This document shows positions 1 through 10,159 of a stretch of DNA of 64,000 bases, piece by piece. The notes beneath the pieces were generated by a model. The model ran no database searches and was not told the DNA's origin. It was given only the letters and a program-made list of their open reading frames with translations. The position numbers and the translations under genes were made by a program. Within the stretch, counting starts at the first letter, position 1; every line of letters begins with the position of its first letter. The DNA lies in assembly GCA_001643675.2 (NCBI GenBank), contig LSRY02000034.1:62001-126000 (forward strand). Reading direction: 5' to 3'. The stretch comes from Monocercomonoides exilis PA203. Lineage: Eukaryota; Protista; Preaxostyla.

Positions 1-1266
1 GATTACGTCGGAAATGAAAAATTCCTTACGAAAGAAAATCGAGAAGATGAAAAGCGAGAGGAATTAGAAAGTTATTATCAAATAAAAACAGAAATAGAAG
101 AGCGAGGCAACGTTAAAGATGAATATAGAAATTCAGAATATGCAGATGATAGCGATAATAGCGATGAAAATGAAGAGAATGAAGAGAATGAAGAAGAACA
201 AGAAGACGTCGAAGAGGAAGTTGAAGATTACAAAAAAGAAAAAAAATCCAAAATTACGAATGAAATTGAAAAAGAGACACAACAAAAGATGTTGTTTTCT
301 CCAAGCTTAACCAATTCGTGCACATCACCAATACCAAAAAGCCATCCTGATTCACATTTCACCTCTGGGGAAACAGAACATTATACAACACATGATTCAG
401 AAAAGCCGAAGCAATCTGATAACATTCAAAGCAGTATAATGAATCGCTCCCCACAAAAAACATATCCTTTTGGCAGTGATTATTTTCAAAGCAAAGAAAA
501 TCAAAAAGAAGAAGGAACGCAAACTGAAGAGAGCAACGAGGCAAAACCGCTGGAGCAATCACCACAAAGAACAGCAATTTCTGTGCAAGAGAATGGAGAA
601 TGCTTATCTCCCCATTTGCCAATGGAATCATCTCTTCAGAGCCACTCCCCTCTGGCCAATACAAGATACAAAGACATTTCACAGGGAAGCTGCGGTTCTG
701 CTCGAAAACCTGCGTCTATAGGGCAAATTCAAGTGCCCTTGTCGCTTGAAGACATTATGCCTCTTCAATGTTTTTCTTCTCTATCAATTCCGGTGGAGCA
801 CCATCTTTCAAGAAATGCAAGCCCAAAGGAATCACATGCATCGACTGCCTTAAATTCAGCCAGCACTTATTCGGGGCTTTCGAGCCATTCATCGACTCTC
901 ACGCCTTTATCGAATTCATCTCCCACACTTTCTTCTTCTCTTCCCTCGCTTGGAGATGATTCTTTGGCCACAACTCTTCCTTCTCTTTCTACATCGCATT
1001 CAACACGCAAATCAACAAGTCGTTCGTACCGCAGTTGCTACGCCTGCTCCCACAATTCTTCAATTGGAGAGCGTTCAACTCAGAAAAGATCTGACTCTAG
1101 AAACTCTCATTCGGCTCGTTCAACGCCTTCGACTTTTTCATCACGACTCAATTCACTGTATGATTCGACACATAGTTTGCAATCAAGAAAACAGTCTTTA
1201 ACAAACTCTACATCAATGACAACAAGCTCCTTTTCTTCTCTCCCATCTCTTTCTTCAATTTCATAA
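1..1266 (+). CDS. Hypothetical Glu/Ser-rich protein, 5' truncated by the window edge (may join the next ORF)
   Basis: Frame 1 is open from base 1 (DYVGNEKFLTKENRE...) through the listed 289..1266 ORF to TAA 1264-1266. Low-complexity E then S-rich; no recognisable domain. Confidence 0.6.
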   Translation, partial: DYVGNEKFLTKENREDEKREELESYYQIKTEIEERGNVKDEYRNSEYADDSDNSDENEENEENEEEQEDVEEEVEDYKKEKKSKITNEIEKETQQKMLFSPSLTNSCTSPIPKSHPDSHFTSGETEHYTTHDSEKPKQSDNIQSSIMNRSPQKTYPFGSDYFQSKENQKEEGTQTEESNEAKPLEQSPQRTAISVQENGECLSPHLPMESSLQSHSPLANTRYKDISQGSCGSARKPASIGQIQVPLSLEDIMPLQCFSSLSIPVEHHLSRNASPKESHASTALNSASTYSGLSSHSSTLTPLSNSSPTLSSSLPSLGDDSLATTLPSLSTSHSTRKSTSRSYRSCYACSHNSSIGERSTQKRSDSRNSHSARSTPSTFSSRLNSLYDSTHSLQSRKQSLTNSTSMTTSSFSSLPSLSSIS

Positions 1267-1344
1267 GAGTTTTAAATCTAATTTTTGATCAAAGACCTTT
1301 ACAAATTTCTTTCTTTATTTTTTTTTGATGTTATTTTAATAAAG

Positions 1345-2574
1345 ATGAACGTAGTATCGAAAGGACATAATTTATTATATTCCAAAGAAAGAATTTATCG
1401 AATAATCAAACAAACATTTTCAATAGAACTTGATTATGATTTATTTTGTAATGAATGCGAAAAAGGCATTGCAGGCGTGATGAACGACATTGTATATTTT
1501 GCCATGAAGATTGTCAAAGGGGAGCTTATCCAAAGTGATAAAGCAATACATTTAATTGAGATGATTTTCTATATTTTTGGTAGATTATCGTTGTTTTCAC
1601 GCATATATGGTAAATCTCTCGAAAAAGGTTCAAGCGCAAATGAATTTCAGCCTTATGGAATAGACATTGACACATTGAATAAAAATGATAATTTTTGTGT
1701 GCTGTCCAGAATGTTTTATTTATTTAATTTGTTTCTTCATTCATTCATTCTTTTTAAATATACAGATCATTTGAAAATCTCATTTGGCAAAGAAGCTTAT
1801 ATATCATTGTTCATATTAAAATCTATAAATCGTGCAAATAAATTGCCTATTAGACAATTTATTTCAAATATATCAAACAGAAACGAAATATCTGATCAAA
1901 CAGAAACCGAATTATCTACAACACATTCAAGCAACTTGTTTCCTATTTTGTTACAAACTGTTCTCAGCGAGGAGGAGGAGGAGGAAGAAGAAGAAGAGGA
2001 AGAAAAACTTAAAATTGATGGAAAAGAAAAAGAATTAGAAAAAGAATTAGAAAAAGAAAAAGAAAAAGAAAAAGAAAAGGAGAAGGAGAAGGAGGAGAAT
2101 GAAAAGGAGAATGAAAAGGAGAATGAAAAGGAGAATGAAAAGGAGAACGAAAAGGAGGAAAAGGATAAACAAGAGAGAGAAAACAAAAGATTAGAGAATG
2201 TTAAGAAAATGCAAGAAGAAGATTTACTGGGCTACAAAATCATCGAAGAGGAGAAAATAAAGCGAGAATTGGACATTGGCTTCGATAGAAATAGAGCTGA
2301 TGATTATGTTTCTGAATTGGAAGAAGAACTTCAAAATTTAGTTCGTGCATTAGAATCAAATTCTTCATTTCCGACCTCATCTTCTCTATCAACAAGCATA
2401 AAACTTGCAACTCCTATTTGTTCTTGTTTAAGTGTGGGTGAACAGGAACAGATTCAACATTTTTTGAACTTTCAACATTTGCCATCGGAAGAACATTTTC
2501 ATCAAACAGTTGATTCAAAATCAATTATTTCAACAATAAATTCAATTATTGGAATAGCACATAATGCTTTGTGA
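1345..2574 (+). CDS. Hypothetical protein or terminal exon with acidic coiled-coil (EKEN) repeat
   Basis: ORF 1285..2574. First ATG is at 1345, directly after an intron-like T-rich segment GTTTTA(1269)...AAAG(1344). Helical N-half, then poly-E/EKEN. Confidence 0.6.
   Translation: MNVVSKGHNLLYSKERIYRIIKQTFSIELDYDLFCNECEKGIAGVMNDIVYFAMKIVKGELIQSDKAIHLIEMIFYIFGRLSLFSRIYGKSLEKGSSANEFQPYGIDIDTLNKNDNFCVLSRMFYLFNLFLHSFILFKYTDHLKISFGKEAYISLFILKSINRANKLPIRQFISNISNRNEISDQTETELSTTHSSNLFPILLQTVLSEEEEEEEEEEEEKLKIDGKEKELEKELEKEKEKEKEKEKEKEENEKENEKENEKENEKENEKEEKDKQERENKRLENVKKMQEEDLLGYKIIEEEKIKRELDIGFDRNRADDYVSELEEELQNLVRALESNSSFPTSSSLSTSIKLATPICSCLSVGEQEQIQHFLNFQHLPSEEHFHQTVDSKSIISTINSIIGIAHNAL
1969..2163 (+). 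repeat. Coding tandem repeats: poly-GAG/GAA, (GAAAAA)n and 12-bp (GAAAAGGAGAAT)n
   Basis: Directly visible; encodes EEEE, EKEK and EKEN runs. Confidence 0.9.
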
Positions 2575-2701
2575 CATTTTATTAACGAGCATAGAATGAT
2601 TTATTTTATCAATTTTTTTCCTTTAACAATTCGAAAAAAAATAAAAAAATTTTTTTATTTTTGTTGATTATCTCAATTATACAATAAGATCAATAATTGA
2701 A

Positions 2702-3087
2702 ATGGTTCGGAAAAATTCTTTTTGTTTTTCTACTATCATCTTTTTCCTTTAAACATATATTTATTTTAGCCAGTCGAACACATTAAATCTGCTGAACAAT
2801 ACGATGAAATTATGACAGCTGCAGGTGACAAACTTGTTGTTGTTGATTACAGCGCAACATGGTGCGGACCTTGCCAAAAAATTAAGCCTATTTTTGAATC
2901 GCTTCCATCTAAATATCCAAATGTTATTTTCCTTCATTGCGATATCGACGAACTGCGCGATATGGCTGAAGTTCAAACAGTTGAAGGTGTTCCAACTTTC
3001 AGATTCTGGAAATCTCAGAAAAAGGTTGCAGAATTTTCTGGTGCCAATGAAGCCAAGCTTCTTTCATTGATTGATGCACATAAGTAA
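2702..3087 (+). CDS. TRX: Thioredoxin; exon 1 = ATG only (2702-2704), intron 2705-2769, exon 2 2770-3087
   Basis: WCGPC active site, VVVDY and GVPTF motifs. ATG|GTTCGG...TTTTAG|CCA gives MPVEHIKSAEQYDEIMTAAGDKLVVVDYSATWCGPC, a full-length thioredoxin N-terminus. Confidence 0.93.
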
Positions 3088-3591
3088 AGATCTCGAGTAT
3101 TCTCGATGTATTTCATTAATATGTGATCCATTCAAAACAAACATTATTTTTCCGTGACACTTAAAGATTTTAATTGAAAAATTTTAAAAGACTTATGCAT
3201 TTTCTATAATTTTCAAATAATCAACCGATTTAAACTTACGTTTTTATCTTTTTTTACTTTTAACAACAAAATATTCCTTCAATAATTTTCTATTCAAACA
3301 TCGATTAGAGAAAAATATTTAAATATTTGAAGAATTTTAATAATATTAATAGATAAAAATTAATCTTTTTTAAAAATATTGGATGACAATGATTTCTTGA
3401 TTTGCGAGTAACAACTCAATCCAATACACTGGATATGTTTTATTGAGTTTTGATTTTTTGAAATCAATAGAACTATAGTTTTGCGTATATACAATAATTA
3501 TTTTGAAAATTAGTAGAAATGCACAAATTCAACAAACAACCACAATATTTTATAAATATTAAGGTTGCACATGGATTCAGAAAAATAGAAC

Positions 3592-6500
3592 ATGGCTTCA
3601 GCCCAAAAGAAAAAGAATATTCCGAAAGAATCCACATGTATGAACTTATTTATTTTTACTCTTTAATTGCTATCAATTGCATATTTTGTCTTCTTTTTTT
3701 CTGATGAACAGACGAAGAAATAAAATATCTAGGAAGAGGAGCTTTTGGAGAGGTTATAAAAGTTAGAAAGGGGAAAAATGGCCCATTTTATGCACAAAAG
3801 AAAATGAATTTAAAGTCAGGACATCTTGCAGATGATCAATTTCAAGAAATAACTTATCAAAAAACACTTTCAAACAAATTCACTTCTCCCTTTTTAATTC
3901 GGTATTTGGACACTTATCTTGCACCAAAAAGTACTTCTGTAATAATGGAATATTGTGGAGGAGGATCATTACGACAACAAATTAATAAATGGAAGAAAAA
4001 GAAGAAGCCATTTACTGAATTTGTTTGTAAATTTTTTGATACAATTTTTTTTTATGAGTTTCCATTGTGAATTTTTTTAAAGGTTGTAAGGAGAATCATT
4101 GCACAATTGGTTCATGGCCTTGCAGATATTCATGCTCATGGGCAAATACACAGAGATTTAAAACCTGAAAACATTTTAATCCATGAAGATGGATATCTGA
4201 AAATTACTGATTTTGGCACGATGACAGAAGCGGATGCTGGAGATAGAATGAAATGGAAGCCAGTTGGCACACCTTTATATATGCCTCCAGAGGCATTTAA
4301 TGAAGAAATGTATTCAACTTTTTTTTTAATAAAAACCTATATCACAAGCAACTTTGTTTAATTATTATTTTATTAAAAAAATAAAAAGATCGCCTTCGAC
4401 CAAAGTTGATATCTTTGCGTTGGGAGTCATTGCGTATGAGCTGCTCACACTTGACTGGCCGTTTGGGTCGAAAGACAGCCGCCCTTCTGAAATGCTCCTG
4501 CTTTCGTCACGTGACCCGAAGCGTCCGCCGAATGTGACATCAGAATTTTGGGATCTGATCTGCCTGATGCTGAGAAGAGTGTGAATGAGAGGATGATTTA
4601 TTAATTTTATTTTATTATTTATTTATTTATTTATTTTTATTTTTATTTTATTTTTTCCTCTTCTTTTTATTTGTTTATCTTTCTATTTTTCTTTTTTTTT
4701 TCCTTTTTCTTTCCTTTTATCTTATTGTTATTTTGAAATTTGTTGTGATTTTCTTCTCTTCTCTTCTTTTCTCTTTCTCTTTCTCTTTCTCTTCTTTAAC
4801 CCACACTTCCAATATCTCAAAACCTTAAATTCACATACACCGACCATCCTCTCTCTTATTTCATCACATCCCTTTTTACTCCTTATTTTCCTTTTCCTTC
4901 TTCTCTTCTTCTTCCTCCTTCATTTTCTACCCCTTTTTCTTCTTCTTCTTCTTCTTCTTCTTCTTCCTCCTCCTCCTCCTCCTCTTCTTCTTCTTCTTCT
5001 CCTTCTCCTCCTCCTCCTCCTCCTCCTCCTCCTCCTCCTTCTTCTTCTTCTTCTCTCTTCCTCTTCTTCCTTCCTCCTTCCTCCTTCTCCTTCCAGTGCG
5101 AGCGTCTTTCCGAGCGTCCTTCTTCTGAGATGCTTCTGGCCCATCCAATCATTGCCACTGCTCTGAACGAGCTAAAGCCTCTTATTCCTGCTTTAGATGC
5201 CGTTTATCCGCCGGCAAACACACAAGTTCTTTACCCTCCTATTCACACATCTCATCTGTGCTATCTGAAGGAGAAAAAAAGAGTTGAGGATTTAACTTTG
5301 TCTTCTTCTTCTAATTCTTCTTCTTCTTCTTCTTCTTCACCTTCTTCTTCTTCTTCTTCTTCATCACCATCATCATCATCATCATCTTCAGAGCCTTTGA
5401 TAGAAGATGAGTGGAGCGATGATGATGAAGATGGGCCGCCAAGAATGATCACACCAACATTGGGATCGAAGAGTATGCATTTATGTGTTGTTGGAATTTT
5501 TGATTTTTCTTTTCTTTTCTTTTCTTTTCTTTTCTTTTCTCTTTTTTTCTCTTCTTTTCTCTTCTTTTCTCTTTTTATCTTTATCTTTATCTTTATCTTT
5601 TTTCTTTTTTCTTTCTTTTACTTTCTTTTACTTTCTTTTTCTTTTCTCTTTTTATCTTTTTCTTTTTCTTTTTCTTCTTCTCTTTTTTTCTTTTTTCTTT
5701 TTTCTTTCTTTTTCTTTTCTTTTCTTTCTTTTTATTTTATTTTATTTTTTTCAATTATTTCATCTTTTTCTTCTTTCTTTCTTTCCTCTTTCAGTTCTCC
5801 CATGCTTCGATGAATCTGAAGAGCTTCAGCTTTACCCACTCCTTCCTTCTGACAACACATCAGTTGCTGTCACTCCACCCACACCTTCTTTTTATCTCCA
5901 GTCACATCATCCTTTTTGTTCTTCTTGTTCTTCAAATTCTTCTTCTTCTTCTTCTTATTCATCTTCTTCTTCCTCTTCTTCTTTATCTTCTTCTTCCTCT
6001 TCTTTTTCTTCTTCTCCCTTATCTTCTTCTTCTTCATCTGATCATCTTCATTATCCATCTTCCTCTTCTCTTCTTCATTCACGCCATTCACATCGCCCTC
6101 TTTCCGCTTCAAAAGCTACCCCCACTTCATTTAATGATCAACCTTCTTCTTCTTCTTCCTCTTCTTCTTCTTCCTCTTCTTCTTCCTCTTTCTCCTCTTC
6201 TTCTTCTTCTGAATCACTTCCATTTCAACACACTTCATCATCATCATCCTCATCCACTTCATCCTCATCCTCATCGTCTCCTTCTTCTTCGTCTTCTTCT
6301 CCTTCTCCTTCTTCCTCTTCTTCTAAATTTAATTCTTCTTCTCTTCTTTCCTCTTCATCTTCTTCCTCTTCTTCCTCTTCTTCCTCTCTTCCTTCTCCTT
6401 CTCCTTCTCCTCCTCTTTCCCACGGCCTCCTCCTCACCTCTCTTTCCTCTTCCCGCTGCTGCGTCTCGTTCAACAAGCAATTCAGCAGCGGCATATGGAG

Positions 6501-7094
6501 GATAACAATTCGCTTCAAAAACACAAAATCGTCACGTGCTGTTGGGCTGGTGAACAGCGCACACAAAAATGAGACAGATTTTTGGCTCGGAGGAGCTGAT
6601 TCGGTGGGGTTTCATGGGGCAAGGTGTGTGTGTGTGGTTGTGTGTGTGGTTGTGTGTGTGGTTGGTTGGTTGGTTGATTGTTTGTTTATTTGTTTGTTTG
6701 ATTTATTGATTGATTGATTGTGTGTGTGTGTGTGTATGAATGAGTGTGCTTGATAGCATTTGATTGTGTGTGGAATTGTTTGTTCATTTATTCATCTTTT
6801 TATTTCTTCCGTTTATTTTATTTTTATTTATTTTATTTATTAATTTTCTATTGAATTTTTTCCCTTCCCTTCCCTTCCAATCAGTGGCAAAATCATCCAG
6901 AATGGCAAAGAGCCCCATGCAACAAACGAGCCATTTGCAGACAATCAGCTTGTTTCTCTCGAGCTCAACCACAACACAACACCTTCCACTCTGCATTTCT
7001 TTGTGGATGGCAGGCAGCAGCAGGTGGAGCTGTATTCGATCCCAAAGGCGGTGAAATTGGCGGTTTGGATAATATTTTGTGTTTATGTAAAAAA

Positions 7095-7163
<69 letters not shown>

Positions 7164-7435
7164 GAATTTCTTTGAATGAATGAATTGAATGGAGTTGATT
7201 TACTGAATGAATATTTTTATTTGAAAGCCTTTTTTATATTCTTTATATTTAATTGTATTTTTTCAATGTTTTAATTTTTCTTTTGTTAAAATTCAACAAT
7301 TTCCATCAGATTTATTTCCGTTCTTCTGGTGCTTCTGCTGAAATTGTATCGTTCAACCAGCTATATGAAACTTCTGCCGTTGCTCTTTTAAATCGTATTC
7401 GTTTGAAATGGGTTCCATCATATGAACAGATGTAA
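3592..7435 (+). CDS. NEK-like Ser/Thr kinase with Ser-rich linker and C-terminal SPRY/B30.2-like domain; exons 3592-3637, 3712-4022, 4083-4309, 4389-4578, 5097-5472 (or -5484), 5795-6623, 6885-7062, 7310-7435
   Basis: Seven GT-AG introns restore one frame: LGRGAFGEV, AQKK, IMEYCGGGSL, HRDLKPENIL, DFG, GTPLYMPPE, DIFALG, ERPSS, then SGIWRITIRF...AVGLV...SVGFHG...LVSLELN...TLHFFVDGRQQ. Confidence 0.88.
4579..5096 (+). repeat. Microsatellite-filled intron (TTTA, TTTC, TCT/CCT runs)
   Basis: GTGTGA...TTCCAG; pyrimidine-rich simple repeats on the sense strand. Confidence 0.8.
7089..7162 (+). repeat. Short A-run followed by ~64-nt poly-T in the last kinase intron
   Basis: Directly visible homopolymer. 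Confidence 0.9.
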
Positions 7436-7781
7436 TTATTTGTTGTAAAATGTCTTTTTATATTTTTTTGCGTAATTCGTCTTTCATATTTCTGTTGGAA
7501 CTTGTTTGAGTGTTAATTTTCTGTTTTTGTGTTTATTTATAAAATTCAATTTTTAGTTGGTATTTTTTTTCAATTTTTTATTTTGTAATATTGGGATCGT
7601 TATATAATTTTGTAAATGTTCACTCAAGAAGGTGAATTAATCGATTCATTTGGAAGGTATTTGCTTAGCAATAATATTTTTGTATTCAACACTAATTATT
7701 TTAATTTATACAAAAATAATTTAACATTTATAATCATTTACTTTTAATAAAAAATATTTAAATTCTTTTACAACTATTTTA

Positions 7782-9356
7782 ATGAGCTATCGTCCTTCAC
7801 ACGACAGAGACACAAGATTAGCTGTATTGAAACGCGGAAATGCGTTTAGTGAATCTCAACTGGTCAGTTATTTTTTTAAACATTGACCAATAACTTGTTT
7901 TCATTTTTGGACTATTTTTCTTTCATTTACCTTTATGTATCAGAAAACTCCACCACAACAACAAAAACTGTCTCAAGACAATGAAGAAGTTGAAACACCA
8001 TTGGAAGATAATGATGATTTAAATGATTTAGCTCCGCAAAACGAATCTTCTCCCCGCAAGCGTTTTTCTGAGCCAGCTGTAATTCAAGAACTAGATATTC
8101 AAGCAGAACCTGAGAAGACTAGAACAAAAGTTCGAAAATCATTCTTTAGAAGAATGGATCCTTTGGAAAGATTAAAAAAATCCATTGACAAACTTAGTGA
8201 GAATGATCTTGAAAATCAACAAAAAAAACAGCCAATTCTTTTTAGAATCTTGGACAAATCCTTCAACTGCTATCATTCAATTCATTCATGGATTCGCGCT
8301 TTCATCTTCTTACTCACAATCTTCATTTTCTCAACAGTTTTAGTTATCTTCATTTGGTCATTATTACACAGAAACATTTATAAAGACAGCGTTTTATCAA
8401 ATCAACCATCTGAAATGCACAGATTAATATGCTATATGAAATCGACTTATAACTGGACTTATGAGTTGCTTACGAGGAGATCGAGACAACTGAAAGAGAA
8501 GGAATTTGAATTTGAACAGTTGAAAAAGAACAACGAAAATCTTTTGCAACAAATAGAGCAGATCAAAAAGAAGAGCGAACAAGCCGAAGAATTGTTCAAG
8601 CGTAATCTCGAGCTTCGTAAGGTTAAGCGGCATGCTCGTCCAAATGCAGGGAATTTGATTTCTTCATCAATGGGAGGCAAAATCGTGAAGACATCAACTC
8701 CATACGACCCACTGGCCCACACACCAAAAATACCATTTTCTGTCAATCCCAGAAAGTTTGTTGATTGGCTCGTGAAAGGAGTGCTGAAGGTTGGAAGCCT
8801 CGAGTTGGAAGATGCACTGATTGTGCTTTCTCCAACAGAAATTCATGAAGGAGAATGCTTTGCACTGAACGGGAGCAAGGGTGAGATCACAGCACAGCTT
8901 TCTGCTCGTAAAGCCATCAATGCCATTTCCATTGGTCATATCCCCAAGTCTGCACATTACGATCAAGACACAGCACCTGGTGAGTTTGAAGCAGAGTGCG
9001 TTTGCAGATCCCAAGCTGATGATGAAGACTTCAATTTAGACGGAACTACAATCAAAGAGTCTTGCGCAAATAAGAATTATAAGAAACCAGAGAACTCCAC
9101 ACAATTTGCAGTGAATATGCAAACTAAACAAAATAGTTTGGAGTATTCACAGACAATTGTCACAGGCACATACTCTGCAAAGGAAGGAAAATATCAGACG
9201 TTTCATAGAGATGATTACGCAGAGACTGCAATTCTGTGCGATGAAATGAGATTTGTCTTCTATTCGAATGCTGGGAACAAGAACTATACCTGCATCTATC
9301 GTCTTGGAGCATATAAGTTGAATCCTAACAAGTTGAACGAAGACTCTCCTCAGTGA
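7782..9356 (+). CDS. SUN-domain (Sad1/UNC-84) inner nuclear membrane protein; exon 1 7782-7862, intron 7863-7943, exon 2 7944-9356
   Basis: Basic N-terminus, one TM helix (IRAFIFLLTIFIFSTVLVIFIWSLL), coiled coil, then SUN motifs GECFALNGSKG, AISIGHI...TAPGEF, FYSNAGNKNYTCIYRL. Confidence 0.88.
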
Positions 9357-10159
9357 AATAATTGCTGATACTATTTTTCTTCCACATTCTTTGCTCTGTT
9401 TTTAATTATTGTTTTTTCATCTTTAGACATTCAAATCACAAATCTTTCCTGTGAAGTTGAAGTCTGAGAAATCAACGCTAATTTAATTTGACTTATTTAT
9501 TTTTAATCTATTTCATCTCACCAATAGCTTTATAGACATCTTATCACATCAGACAAACAAGCAAATTTTTTTCAAACAGAACATCACTTTGAATAACTTT
9601 TAATGAGAACAATCTTCATTGAAATTCTAATAAAAGATACTTTTGTCTTTCAGTTCATATCAATCAGATAAGATTTTTTAGGACGGCAAAAATTGTCTAT
9701 TGCCTTTCAAGTTTTTTTTTCAAAGTTGTTCCAGCAATTGAAAGGGACGAACAGAAGATCATTACTTGTTTCATCATGACTTTTTAACATGGACTTAGAC
9801 AAATAACAATGGAGCGACAAATCCAACTTTAAATATTGTTCAGAAAATCTTTTCAAATCCTAATGAAACGAAAATACAAATGTGAAATGAACATTTGACA
9901 AGTTAAAATTCAAAAGAAAGACTTTTTTTTAAAATTTCATGAACTTTTGAAATGAAGATCATGCAACGTAAATTCTCATAAAATAAATTTAAACGAACAG
10001 AAATTTACTTCAGATTTTACAACATATAGAAACACTAATGAAACAATAAGTTTTGTAATTTTAAATAGAAAAAATAAATAATTTTCAAATGAAAAATCGT
10101 AACATTGAAGTATTTGCATTTTTGAATCAATTGTGAAAGCATTAAGCCAAAAAACCCCT

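Noticed and set aside
4883-6717. Many overlapping poly-R/K/E/F/L ORFs
   Set aside because: By-products of microsatellites in introns and poly-Ser exons. Only the spliced kinase frame has domain motifs.
9357-10159. Possible small gene or 3'-UTR introns between SUN and dynein
   Set aside because: GT-AG candidates exist on the minus strand, but there is no coherent ORF and it cannot be supported without transcripts.
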